From: Eledone cirrhosa
Taxonomy: Eukaryota
Length of the DNA stretch: 64,000 bases
Reading direction: 5' to 3'
Assembly: GCA_964016885.1 (NCBI GenBank)
Contig: OZ024740.1
Location: 336,040,001 to 336,104,000 of the forward strand
Made by a program: the position numbers and the translations under genes. Positions 41,619-54,942 of this stretch are shown piece by piece. Position 1 is the first letter of the stretch, and each line of letters starts with the position of its first letter. The notes beneath the pieces were generated by a model. The model made no database searches and was not told where the DNA came from. It saw nothing but the letters and a program-made list of their open reading frames with translations.

Positions 41619-43100
41619 TTACTGTTTATTATATTGAGCAGTTTTTTTTTTGTTTGTTGATGTAAGTGTACTGTAATGTTTTTTCTGTGACGCTGTTAGT
41701 GTTGTGTAATGAGGAGGGGTGCTTTGTATTGTGTTGGTTTCTTCTGTATGTGTTTGGTTTCTGTTAGTGATATGTTTCCTTTTTTTCCTTTTTACTGGGC
41801 GGAACGGCTTTCCTTCATCTTCGCTATGCTCCGATGTAAGGAGGTTTTCGTCCGTGTTCGGGGGTAGGGGGATATTTTGTGGTAGTGTTGAGTTGGTGTG
41901 TGTATTTGTGCTTGTTTTCTGTGTGTGTGTGGGGGCGGGGTGATTGTGATTTGTTTCGTGGTCTTTTGTTTTTGTTGTTGTTGTTGTGGTGGTGGTGATG
42001 GAGATGGTGTTGTTGGTTTTTGTTGTCGTTGTGGTGGTGGTGGTGGTGGTGGTGATGGTGGTGTATTTTGTTGTTTTTGTGGTGGTGGTGTTGGTTGTTT
42101 TTGTTGTTGTTGTGGTGTTTGTAGCAGTGGTTTTTTTGTTGTTAGTAGAGGGCAGGCAGTCCTCAGGTGACCTCTTCCAGCGCAGTGGTAACAAGAAGGC
42201 CTCGTGCCTTCCACCGTAATATTGATGAAAGTTCGACCATCCAGTAGTACTCGGTCGAGTATTCCGGCGATTCTCTCTGGTGTCATCTGTATGAGAACCT
42301 CCAGACTTTTTCCCCCGAACAGTCCACTGGTGGACTCAGCTGCTGATACTAGAATGACCTTTTCTAGGTCCGTGAATCCTGTCAGGACGGACCCGATGTC
42401 TACTTCTGGCATTGAGCTCCTCGTTCTTCTTCCCATATATGTGGGAAAGAAGGTGTATTGTGGTGAGACTATAGGTGCCACCGAGCATTTTCGACCCAGA
42501 ATTTGGTCCTTCATTCGGACCATAATGCTGGCATAAAGCTTTCCTCTTTCAATAAAGAGTATGTCCTTTATAATGTCTTTCAGAACCAGCTCAATTTGAC
42601 TTTCTGTCAATTGAGTTGGTTTTCTTGTTGCGTTGGATATAGTCCTGAAAGTTATAGTATTCCTATATGTCTGTTGACGTACTTCTTCTGGGGAGGTTAT
42701 CGTAAAAGAACCATCCTCCCCAAAAGATACGTATTTTCTGGCATTTAATAAGTTTTGCTTAGCGTTAGTAATGTCTATGGGTTTGTATACGATCGTTTTT
42801 TTTACTGTTTGGGCAAAAGAAATTTTGCTGTTTTGTTGTTTTCGTTTCGTTCATTGTTGTTTGTTGTTGCAATGTTGGTTTTATTAATTCGATTTGTTGT
42901 GGTATTTTTTTCCATGTTATCTTTTTCAAAATTTGGGTTTTCACTCAAATTAACAGACATTTTCACAGTGTTTTTTTTTCATTCGAGAGGAGGGGGTAGT
43001 TCAACAGTTTGAATTGTTGTTCCCTCTTTTTCGCTTTTTTTGTGGGCGTGGCGTTAGCTTGCAATATGGCTTCATCGTTTTTAACGATATCAACAAACAT
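41619..43100 (-). pseudogene. ORF1 (gag-like, CCHC zinc knuckle, T/P/Q-rich tail), frameshifted
   Basis: ITVEGTRPSCYHCAGRGHLRTACP (CX2CX4HX4C) in ORF 41792-42610; upstream ATG at 43100. Confidence 0.8.
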
Positions 43101-43297
43101 TTTAAATAAAAGATTTTTCACCCCAAAATGGGCGAAAATATATTTACCCAACGTCAACAGTCCCAGGCGAGGGGTTAGAGTCAACAATAATAACAAAATT
43201 CAAATAACACACTCATAAATAACATAGTAGTAATCCAAAATCGAAGAGCCGATGTGAAAGACGTCCACTATCAACGATAGATAGATAGATAGATTAT

Positions 43298-43347
<50 letters not shown>

Positions 43348-43351
<4 letters not shown>

Positions 43352-43610
43352 TATAGATAGATAGATATATTTCTTTATTAGCCACAGGGGCACAAAAGAA
43401 GGGGACAAATACAAAGGGGGAAGTTTACATACAATAAAAACGGCTGGGGTGCAGCACCTCTCGTTCCATCCTGATCCTTCTTCCGAAATGATATCGGAAG
43501 AAACGGACCAGTTGTTGGCCAGAGAGAAAGGTGCCTGACCTCAGTCCTTTCAGACGCGTCCACCATACAACCTCTTTCGCCATGGCTATTACGCACAGAA
43601 ACACCGCCTC
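43348..43610 (-). mobile_element. Tx1-like 3' fragment with internal deletion, in (GATA)n
   Basis: 3' terminal motif joined to ORF2 C-terminal sequence nearly identical to 44027-44199. Confidence 0.85.
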
Positions 43611-43625
43611 TAGATAGATAGATAT

Positions 43626-43672
<47 letters not shown>

Positions 43673-43692
43673 TATAGATAGATAGATAGATA

Positions 43693-44409
43693 TATTTCTT
43701 TTATTTGCCACTAGGGCATCAAAAGTGGGACAAGTACAAAGGGGGGAGTTTACACAAAAAGGCGTCCTCAATAAGGAGAAGGCAATAACAAAATATAAAA
43801 ATAAAATAAGATATAACAAAAAATAAAATTTTTAACAAAATCCTCAATAGAGAGGAGGCGCCTTGGGGGGTCGCACACACCCCCGAAAAAAGTGTGCAAC
43901 CCTTCTCCTCAGGAGCACAGAGAAGGGGTGCTCCCTTGGTCTTTCATCTTCCTCACCTATAGTCTGATGTAGAGTGAAGGCCCATTCACACGGGCCATTC
44001 TCGCCACTTTCACCCATCTTTCATAGAAACGGCTGGGGTGCAGCACCTCTCTCTCCATCCTGATCCTTCTTCCGAAATGATATCGGAAGAAACGGACCAG
44101 TTGTTGGCCAGAGAGAAAGGTGCCCGACCTCAGTCCTTTCAGACGCGTCCACCATACAACCTCTTTCGCCATGGCTATTACGCACAGAAACACCGCCTCT
44201 GCTTCATCTTTGAAGGGGGGAGGCGGCTTGATCATTACAATAGACTCGGTGGTCAACCGGATCGGTCCCACCCTTGACAGCAGTTGTTCGACATAGCCCC
44301 ACAGATCGGCTACGCCCGAGCAGTGTACTAATGCGTGTGCAACGGTTTCCTCGTCGCACACGCATCTGGGACAGATCTTTTTGGCGGGGTCCCTACCCGG
44401 GCGCCCGTG

Positions 44410-44410
<1 letters not shown>
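43693..44410 (-). mobile_element. Tx1-like 3' fragment in (GATA)n
   Basis: ORF 43957-44361 ([28 protein letters not shown]); (GATA)n at both ends. Confidence 0.9.
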
Positions 44411-44476
<66 letters not shown>

Positions 44477-44497
44477 CTTTCTTTTTTAGATTATTAC

Positions 44498-44550
<53 letters not shown>

Positions 44551-44552
<2 letters not shown>

Positions 44553-45487
44553 TCTTTATTTGCCACAGGGGCGCACAAAAATGGAACATTACAAGACGTG
44601 TTGGCGGGGCTTTACATAAAAATAACTTTAACATTAATAAATAACAATAAACTATATATAATAAAATAACAATTGAAATCCCCAATAGGGGGGGGGGACG
44701 TTACTACAGGGTTGTTTTAGACCCCGTTGATAGAACAACCCTCAACACCAGGAACACGTTTTGTAGGTGTTCCTGTCTTCCCTCTGTTTATCTTCCTCAA
44801 CCGACAAGTTTATTTACAGAGAAGGCCCATTCACTCGGGCCATTTTCGCCATATTCACCCACCTTTCAGTAAATTTACTGGGGTGTAGCACCTCTCTCTC
44901 CACTCTCACCTTCCTTCTGAAGTGATACTTAAAGAAGGGGATAAGTTGTTGTCCAGAAAGGAAGGTGTTTGCCCTCAGTCCTTTTAACCTCGTCTACTAT
45001 ATTACCTCTTTCACCATAGCCACCAGACAGAGGAAAACCGCCTCTCCTTCGTTCTTAAATGAAGGCGGCGGGGTGATCCTCACGATGGACTCGGCTGAAA
45101 ACTGGATGCGTCCCACACGTGACAGTAGTTATTCGACATAATTCCACGGGTCGGTCACCCCTAGGGAATGAACAATTGCGTGCAGAACGGTTTCGATGTC
45201 CTGCTCGTATCTTGGACAGGTCCTTTTGGCAGGATCTCTGCCAGGGCGTCCGTGCCTGTAGATTTTGTCTCGAACTGGTAGAGCTCCTCGGTAGCACTGC
45301 TAGGCGAGAGATCTCTGGAAGTTATTCATAGGCCCTGGACGGAAAGTCCTCCAGAACAGACTGGTCAGTTCGTCCTCCTCGATGCCTAGAGTTTCCTCGA
45401 GAACGTCGTCGCCGAAGTGGAGTCTCTGCTGATTGCCGTTTCCTCTTAGTAGAGGGCTGTGAGCGCCTGTAGGCACTCGAGGTGCCA
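44551..45487 (-). mobile_element. Tx1-like 3' fragment (subfamily 2) in (GATA)n
   Basis: LAXQCYRGALPVRDKIYRH-type coding; diverged from subfamily 1; followed by GATAGATAG. Confidence 0.88.
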
Positions 45488-45619
45488 GATAGATAGTTAG
45501 ATAGTTAGTTAGTGAAGAGAATGGTGAAATAATGGATTAAATGGTATAAATGGAAACTGTTTGATGTATATATAAATGTATATATGGATAAACGGTTGCC
45601 TGATGATTGGAAATGTGAT

Positions 45620-45765
45620 GAGGTGGATGGATGGATGGATGGATGGATGGATGGATGGATTGATGGGTGGATGGGTGGATGGATAGATGGGTGGATGGGT
45701 GGATGGATAGATGGGTGGATTGATAGTGAGAGCGACAGATGGACGGATGAATGAAGAATGGATGG
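45620..45765. repeat. (GATG)n imperfect microsatellite
   Basis: Direct observation. Confidence 0.85.
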
Positions 45766-46476
45766 TTGCATTGATGAGATCAGAGTTGAAGTATGTATAA
45801 AACTGCGCTGAATATAATATGATATACACACAGGAAAACCTATGGTAAATGTATGATTTTATGAGTTTCAATTTAGTTCCAAAGTAAAGTATTTATTGGT
45901 TTATTTATTTATTCACTTTAGTTTTAGAAATGTTTTCATAAAACAATATTATGTTTCCAACAAATTGGTAAAACATATAAATAAATAAAATATCATAATA
46001 ATGTTTATTATATAATAGTAGGAATTTTCTTATCGCTATGGGAAAGATAAAAACTTTCACTACCTTTTTACGGACTGTTAACATTGAGTGTACAAATACA
46101 ATGAGATGGTCGAACTACTTACAAACGCATTACAGTAATGAAATTTTGATGTAACTGCACAAATACAATGTAAATTTAAAAAGATATTAACCATGTAAAA
46201 AGAATATAGTTATAAAAATATTAAACTCCAAGTTTGTAATACAACTGTGGGGTGGGGTTGAGAGCAATAACTACTGATATTTCCATGTTGTATTGTTTAA
46301 TCATATTATTACACGTGCAATACGAGATGTGTATAAGTAAGAGTATATTAGTATGTATGTAAATAGTGGGATTTAAATAGATAAAGGTATTTGTAATATA
46401 TACATATATATATGTGTGTGTGTGAGAGTTGGATTATATTCCTCATACAGGCATATACACATGTACGCCCACACAT

Positions 46477-46526
<50 letters not shown>

Positions 46527-46738
46527 TTATATATATGTATGCTTGTGTGTGGCGTAAATGTGTATATATATATATATATATATATATTATGTAAAAAGAG
46601 AGAGAGAGGGGTGGAGAAACAAATAAACATATATGCACACATTTTTTCTTTCCGTTTATATTTTAGTCATGTAGATATATACGCTTATATATGTATGTAT
46701 ACATATATATTTTTTTACACTCACACAGACACACACAG

Positions 46739-46840
<102 letters not shown>

Positions 46841-47247
46841 GTGTTGGGGGGGGGTATTATAATATAAGCTCTAACATACACTGTGGAAAAAATGGGTGGA
46901 GTTCCTTGTGGGTTTGTCATCCTACAGAAAGCAAATATTTTGCAGATTAAACTTTACATGAAACACAATGACGTAACGGCTCGTTCTTCTCGATCGATAT
47001 TTTGTGCTTTTCTATGTATGACACAATCTGTGAGAGAAAGCGTTACAAACAATACTGGAATTGGCTATGTATTTTCTGATATACATAAAAAAAAACAGCC
47101 ACACTTCCTTCTAACACTGACGCATCAAATCGATAAATTCATTTTAAAAAATACATGAAACCCATAACGACAGACACAAGCTGTTGTGTGACTGGAACAA
47201 AATATTTCTAACCACCAAGACAGCATTGTGACATTCTTTCATTGTTG

Positions 47248-47283
<36 letters not shown>

Positions 47284-48149
47284 TCTATGTGATGTAAGAA
47301 AAGAAAATGTCTGGAAGCAAGTTCTATACATGCATTTCTAGTTATCATTTTGCTTCTACTACTGCTACCACTACTACATCAAATTCGCCTCTTCAGATCT
47401 TGTGACTGCAACACATATGCACTTCAAGGTTTGCGCTTATTTCTATTTCATTCGACATGTTCTTGAAATAAATTATCTTCGCAATATCTAACAATCGGTA
47501 TATTCTTCGACTAGAACGCCCAAATCTTTAGAAGTAGTGAAACAGAGAATATATAAATAATTATTCAATATATAGTGAGTACTGCCATCAACCATTGGCC
47601 ACGTGGATATGAGCGTTAATGTCTGCCCTCCAGCATATCATTTTGTTTTCTTTTCGAGTGCTGATAATTGCCAATAGCGTTCCAAAGCAAACACTTATCT
47701 CGAGATACATTGCATTGATAGCATTGCAACCGATTTCCAAAGATATCAGGTTATTGTGAGGTTGAAGTAGAAGAACATTCACAGACAAATATACGTATTA
47801 TTTACCATTTCATGTTTCTTTTTAACTCAATAAAAGTGATTTGAATAAATATTTATTGTGATTGAGGAGAAGAAATACTGGCGAATCGAAATATAATTGT
47901 AGTATTTAATTAGTATAAAATTATTATAGTATTTAATTGTACGTCTTACTATTAAATTACATCTTTCTGGATTTGAGAGAATATATACCAGATATATTCT
48001 GGGCTTTATTTATTAGGCTTTACTTTTTAGCTACATGTTTTGAACTTGTAATAATGTGAGAAATTAATGGTTCTCTGATGCAGAACATCGTGATGGATAA
48101 AAACAAAACAATACATCAAATTAAAGGATCCTTATGTTCATTTTTTTAG

Positions 48150-48432
48150 TGAAGGCTTAGTGATTAGAGCACTGGATTCATTGCACCGGGCTGTCCAATG
48201 TGTCCTTGAACAAGACACTTTATTTCACTTTGTTCCAGTTCACACGTGAGCTGTGAGGTACATAATGCCAAGCTGTATCGGCTATTGCCCTTCCTTTGAA
48301 CAACATCGATGACATAGACAGAGGAGACTGGTATGCTGGTTTTCCATAAAAACATCTTGCTAGGACTTGTGCCTCACAGGGAACTTTCTAGGTACAAATC
48401 CCGTGGTCATTCGTGACCGAAGCGGTTCTTTA
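48150..48432 (+). mobile_element. tRNA-derived SINE, near complete and decayed
   Basis: GGCTTAGTGATTAGAGC head, GTGTCCTTGAACAAGACACTTTATTTC domain, 3' part shared with 17128-17318. Confidence 0.7.
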
Positions 48433-49156
48433 GTTTCGACTGTCTTGAATTCGAAACTTTATAATATCGATTATTATTTTTTTGCCATCCTTACCAGAAC
48501 CAATGAAAAACGTACTTGTAGTATAGCGTAACGTATTCAATAAAATTGTTCTGAGAATAACTTAGTGTATCTTATTCACTCGGCTATATTCGCCGAGCAT
48601 CGCAATATTTCACACAGGATATCACTCTTTATAGTTATATTTAATTTTGTTGTTAATTTTCGGTCTAATTAGTATTCCAAAAATTCCCTTATTGTTTATT
48701 CCGAACTTGAACATTCATATTGTGTATTGATTCCATCCTGTTCTGATGTGGCTATTGGATATAGAGCTAAGCGTGGTTGATGCATATTCATATTTCTGCA
48801 CCTGGCTGTTTTAAACACAACCACTTCTGACTGCTCCATTCATAACCACACATGACAGCTTCACACAAAGTCACACCTCCCTGCTGGTACACATGATTGT
48901 TACGTGCACTACCACACCTCGCTGCAGTGATTCGCACATTTATATCTCACTCTTACACACACAGAAACGCTTTGCTGCTGTTATACACACACATCCACAC
49001 CTGATTGTTATCATACACAGGAACACGGCTTGCTATAAGTATATATATATATTGGAAAATGTGTGAAATCCTTGGTACAATTAGGTATATTTGAAAAAGG
49101 AAAAGAATGACTTCACTTGTAGTTCTAAACCATTTAAAATAATTTTATAATATAAA

Positions 49157-49485
49157 TTTCGTTTCTGAATTTGTTTAGCAAGATTCTTTATCTGAAAACG
49201 TGTATTGAAACCGATATTGTTATACCTTGGGAGGGTCATGTTGCCAATAAGAAACACACGCATCAGTTGCTTTCACTTCAATTTATTATAATAAATTTAT
49301 AAATTTAGGAATTTATAAATTTCCGGTTGGTTGGTTGGTTCCACAACCAGATGATTGTTTATATATATATTGTCAAAGTTGTTTCGTCACACATTCTGTG
49401 ACCTCTTCAGTGACTGGGTATTCTTTTCTTTGTTTTTTGTGCCTCTCCTTTGTTCTGTCCTACGCCATCTTGTGTGTGTGTGTTG
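49157..49485 (-). mobile_element. Family B element (HHR 49372-49414) nested in another foldback, with 14-bp TSD
   Basis: TTTTATAATATAAA at 49143-49156 and 49486-49499; host inverted arms at about 49087-49131 and 49511-49556. Confidence 0.8.
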
Positions 49486-49764
49486 TTTTATAATATAAAA
49501 TTAAACCAAATTGTTTAGAACTACAAGTGAAGTCATTCTTTTCCTTTTTTCAAATACATATATATATATATATACATACATATGTGTGTGTGAGGGGGGT
49601 GCGTGTGTGTGTGTGTGTTTCTGTGTGTGTGTGTGCATACTTAACAAAATTAACAAAGAGAGGACAAGGCAACGAACAGAAACAATAGAAAACGAAAAAC
49701 AATTTTTTTAAGAGAAAGCTTAAAAAATTATTTAAAACAAATAAAAATACAAACGAAGGACACA

Positions 49765-49796
<32 letters not shown>

Positions 49797-49975
49797 ATAC
49801 ACATACACATATGTATGTATATATATATATATGCATATGTATATATGTATATATATATGTATATATATATTTGTATATATGTATGTATATATACATATAT
49901 GCATATGTATATATATATATATGTATATATATATATTTATATATATGTGTGTGGCGGGTGTATTATAATATATAT

Positions 49976-50028
<53 letters not shown>

Positions 50029-50744
50029 CGCATATGTGAAAATATGGGAATTCCAAATTCAGAAAATAGGGATGGCAACAGTGGCTTGCTATAAACAATC
50101 ATTTTAGGAAATCGGGTAAAATACCCCTAGGAACGGAAACATATGCCAAGTAGATGTTACGGAGAATCAAGCACTATATCTCTCGAATACGGCAGAATAT
50201 TCGAGAGATTCTCTGTAGCGGCTGTGACCACATGTTTCCGACTCTAGAGGTATGTCACTCAACTTTCTAAGCAACTGTTAATAGCGATCCACTGTTGTAA
50301 CAATTGTTTTTAACATTTAGAAGTCCCACATCTCATATAACCCTAGCGTTTCGATAATTCATAAGATTTATTTACTCCCACCTCTAGCTGCAAGTTGTTT
50401 AGTATAACACCTTAGATTTGACGGGATCTATTGCGAGCTGTTCCTTGACGTACTAGATGATGCACTTGAATGGTATCCGAATTATTCGGAGTTCATTTCC
50501 CGGTAGTGGCTGCTGACAACTTTTCTCCGTCTCTAAGATTATTTTACTCCATTTCTGATGCTATTGTTTATAGTGACCATATGTTTTTACAGTTATATTT
50601 TGTGTTTGAATTCGCAACATTTTCAAATTTCAAATCACCCAAGTGCTTCAATAATTCAGATGATTCATGTGTATGTATATATATATATATATACATATGA
50701 ATTATTTAGACTAGTATTATATCAATGCCCTATTTAAAAGACTG

Positions 50745-50806
<62 letters not shown>

Positions 50807-50922
50807 TTTAGTACAGCATTGACGAAGCTTTAGAATACGGCCAAGCTAGCGTATATGCATAATCGGTCTGTAGCTTGAGCACTCAGATGAGGAAAGACCC
50901 CAGAGTAATATATATATATATA

Positions 50923-51043
50923 GACCTCTTGCCCTTTCGACGGCAAATTCCAGACATCAATCTGGAATCTGCTGTCGAAATGGCAAGAGCTCAGCCGTCG
51001 GACGCCGACTGTCTACTATCTACTATCACAAGTATCAAGTACT
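50923..51043 (+). mobile_element. Diverged family A foldback
   Basis: CTCTTGCCCTTTCGACGGCA..CTGCTGTCGAAATGGCAAGAGCTCAGCCGTCGG plus the CAAGTATCAAGTACT tail. Confidence 0.6.
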
Positions 51044-53032
51044 AAGATAAAGTGCCTCTGCATTGGTATCAACTTACTGCTATGTGTTTTTAATCCCGCT
51101 TCTTTCTACCAAGTGTTGCGAACAGCAGATAGTATCAGCGAAAGAAAGTCCAATAGAAACGTTCTTTCCTTTGCCCAATCTGAAGATTGGCTCATTCCCT
51201 TTTTTATTTATGTAGATTAATATTGTAACTGTAACATATTCTTTAACTATTTACCGAGGACTTTGCAGTTTTATGCATTGGAACGGTTTGATTGTGTTCT
51301 GTGCACGTGTGTTCTGCGTGCTAACCTGGTCAAATTTTATAGAAGTAATGCAGCTAATGTTTAACCAATGTTCAATTTAAACCAATTGTATATCAATATC
51401 TTATTTAAACAAATGTTAGAGCTTGCTCTATTTAGACTAATATTATATCCTTGTCCTATTTAAACTCCTGTTATATTTAGACCAATGTTAGATCAATGCT
51501 TTAACTGGACTGATGATAGACGAATATTCTATTTAGACCAATGTTTGACGGATATATTTGATAATACGAACATTTAGTTCAATATTCCTACCAGGTTAAG
51601 GAAAAGGAAATAGCAAATAATATATAGTTAAGACTCTTCTCTACCTTCATCATGTTGATTGTTCATTCATCGACTTTGAAAAGATGAAAGCCTGAATTTA
51701 AAAAAATTCACTATAATATAATATACCCAATAAAATATACTTAATATAATATACTCCTCCCTAACAAGACGCCATTATTCTGTCTATATTTATACCACAA
51801 AGATAATTGACCATAAATGGTTTAATTTTGAACTGAAAGACACACTATTCACATTCGATTCACTGGACAGTTCGATTTGTGCATAGAAAAGAAATCGAAA
51901 AGTAGCAAGTATTGTTTGTTCATCAGTAATGACCGGTTTCGACAGAACTGTATTTACCGATTTAACAAAAGTACTTGATTTATGAAAATAATACGTTATA
52001 GATAACTTTGTGACAGACTATAAAGTTTTAGAAAACAATTAAAACTACCCTGACGCCGTTTTACAATATTAAAAGATTTCTTTCGATTCGATAAATAAGT
52101 GTAAAACATTTGTAAAATGTCTATTTAACTGATTCTCTTGATTGGAAAATTACCCAGTCTTTCTCCCGCCAGCCAGTCTCCAAAAGGATGTTTTCAGCTT
52201 AGTTGGAATATAGATTTAATCTGTTTTATTTCATTGATTGGTTTATATCGATTTCATTTCTAATACAGAAAACAAAATATGGAAAATATTTCTGCAAACA
52301 ATGAGAGGCCAAATTTTACTTACATACAAAGCGATCGACATATATGGTATATTTACCATATAAAGTTCTAAATTAGTGGACATAGGGAACAAACATATCG
52401 GTTACTAATATATATAATATAATATTGAAAAACTTTAATATAGCTCTGGAAGACTATTATGTATTTTTAAATTTGTCTTAAAGACGGGTATTATGTTTGG
52501 TCTTGTGCATATTTATATATTTGTATAGATTTATCTCAGTATTGATTAAATAGTAAATCTCCAAATTGACTCAAAAATAGTCACAAGTTTCTATGTGATT
52601 AAATTTAAACATCATATAAGGAAAATTAGATGATTTTCGTCTATGCCTTTCCTCTCAACACTACCAACTTAAATCAAATATTGAAACCGCGTTAAATTCT
52701 TAAGTCAATATTGAAACCAGTTCCAAACTTCAGATCAACTTGAAATCAAATATTTATAATTTCTGCATTAAAATTGCTTTCAATGTTTTCTGAATTAATC
52801 ATACAACAACATTTGATAACTCTTGACATAAATCCCCAAACATTCAAGGAATCTGTTCATGAAATAGTAAACAACTAAATAACACCTACCACAACTCTAC
52901 AGATTTATTTCATGACATTCAAAGGCAGTTTCCCATTTGTACTCTTTCTCAATTCTACGTAAATGTTTGGAATTTGGTGGATTATATCCTATAACTAAAC
53001 CAAAGTAATACATACATAACTAAACCAAAGTA

Positions 53033-53089
<57 letters not shown>

Positions 53090-53200
53090 ATGTGAGCAAA
53101 ACCACAGACCCTCCATCTCAACTCTACTTTTGAAAAGCAGAAGAACTGCGAAACCAGTAAAGGAACCAAATAAATATATATATTTTTTTTAAATAAGACT

Positions 53201-53241
<41 letters not shown>

Positions 53242-53256
53242 ATATATATATATATA

Positions 53257-53315
53257 GGAAAAAGTATGACCCCGACGGCAGAGCTCAAGCCGTTTCGACA
53301 GCTATTTCTGGACTC
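53257..53315 (-). mobile_element. Family A half copy in (TA)n
   Basis: GACCCCGACGGCAGAGCTCAAGCCGTTTCGACAGCTA. Confidence 0.7.
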
Positions 53316-53337
53316 TTAATAATATATATACATATAT

Positions 53338-53968
53338 GGAAATAGGATTTAGCTTCAAGCATAGCTGTATAGAAATATGTATAGGAATATCGTATTTCTA
53401 AAGAAATACGGTATGTTAAAGGGTAAACATTTAGGAAGCCGTAGCTATGCAAAAAGCACCGAGGCTAACGCCCTCTGGTGGTGTCCAGCAGAAGCAAAGA
53501 GGACAATCATCGATGCATTTCAGACTTAACTAGTTCTCGTCGGGACGATCCCTCCCACGCTTGCGACTGCTCGACTTGAGAACAGTCGAGAATATATAGT
53601 TTTCTCGTTTGTGTAAATGAGGTGATTAATCTCATTTGCATATGAAGTTGTATAAGTTGGCTCAACTTATAATAGAATAGAAATAGGATTTAGCTTCAAA
53701 CATAGCTCTATACAGATATGTATAGAAATATATTTCTAAAGAAATACGGTATGTTTACGGGGTAAACATTTAGGAAGTCGAGCAGTCGCAAGCGTGGGAG
53801 GGAGGTATCGTCCTGACGAGGACTAGTTAAGTCTGAAATGCATCAACGATTATCCCCGTTGCTTCTGCTGGACACCACCAGAAGGCGTTAGCTCCGGTGC
53901 TTTTTACATAGCTATGGCTTCCTAAATGTTTACCCTATATATATCAGTGTGTGTGTGTGTGTGGGTGT

Positions 53969-54022
<54 letters not shown>

Positions 54023-54073
54023 GTGTGTTGCTTCGGTTTAGTTGCTTTTCTGAAAGGATATATACACAGACAC

Positions 54074-54105
<32 letters not shown>

Positions 54106-54124
54106 GTATATATATATGTATATA

Positions 54125-54215
<91 letters not shown>

Positions 54216-54507
54216 AACATTTAGAAAGCCGTAGCTATGTAAAATACACCGGAGCTAACGCCTTCTGGTGGTGTCCAGCAGAAGCAACGGGGATAATCAT
54301 TGATGTATTTCAGACTTAACTAGTCCTCGTCAGGACGATACCTCCCTCCCACGCTTGCGACTGCTCGACTTCTTAAATGTTTACCCCGTAAAGATGCCGT
54401 ATTTCTTTAGAAATATATTTCTATACATATCTGTATAGAGCTATGTTTGAAGCTAAATCCTATTTCTATTCTATTATAAGTTGAGCCAACTTATGCAGCT
54501 TCATATG
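53338..54507. mobile_element. 341-bp-unit HHR element in partial tandem plus inverted copies; HHRs at 53506-53549 (-), 53807-53850 (+), 54296-54339 (-)
   Basis: AATAGGATTTAGCTTC at 53341 and 53682; 54210-54507 is the reverse complement of about 53639-53937; ATCGTC-CTGACGA-GGAC/GTCT-GAAA-TGCA-TC-AACGAT. Confidence 0.82.
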
Positions 54508-54555
54508 TATATGTGTATATACATATATCTATATATTATATATATGTATAAATAA

Positions 54556-54628
<73 letters not shown>

Positions 54629-54639
54629 TATATTGTTAT

Positions 54640-54942
54640 TGTTATTGTTATATTTGGGAATTGTTATTTTGCTAGTGTTGCCAATAAAAACACAAGCAGC
54701 ACCATATGAATTTTACTTTTTCACTTAACATTTTTATTACTCGTTATTGGTTAGTTAGTTAGAATTCTTTCGTCACGCATTCTCTGACCTCCTCAATTAC
54801 TATTTGTTCTCTTTTGTGCTTAATCTTCTTTCTGGTCTTAATCTGATACTACATTCCCAAATATAACAATATCGGTTTCAACCCGATTTCACATCAAGAA
54901 TCTTTTAACTGTAATGTTTTGCTTAACCATTCGAAACCAATC
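54640..54942. mobile_element. Diverged family B relative with inverted termini and HHR-like motif (about 54755-54802, -)
   Basis: ATTGTTATATTTGGGAA / TTCCCAAATATAACAAT inverted; TAGTAA-TTGAGGA-GGTCAGAGAATGCGTGAC-GAAAGAATTC-TAACTA. Confidence 0.65.

Larger units (their letters stand above)
38178..43275 (-). mobile_element. Near full-length Tx1-like (L1 clade) non-LTR retrotransposon in (GATA)n
   Basis: 5' UTR, ORF1 with zinc knuckle, ORF2 with APE, RT and C-terminal CxxC..H..C; both ends abut (GATA)n. Confidence 0.93.

Noticed and set aside
43425-43445. Internal deletions in Tx1 copies (also at about 4727) as splicing products
   Set aside because: Deleted segments do not start with GT on the sense strand; more likely template jumps or deletions.
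51915-51950. Minus-strand GAAACCGGTC-ATTA-CTGATGA suggesting a type II HHR
   Set aside because: No room for stem I and weak stem II.
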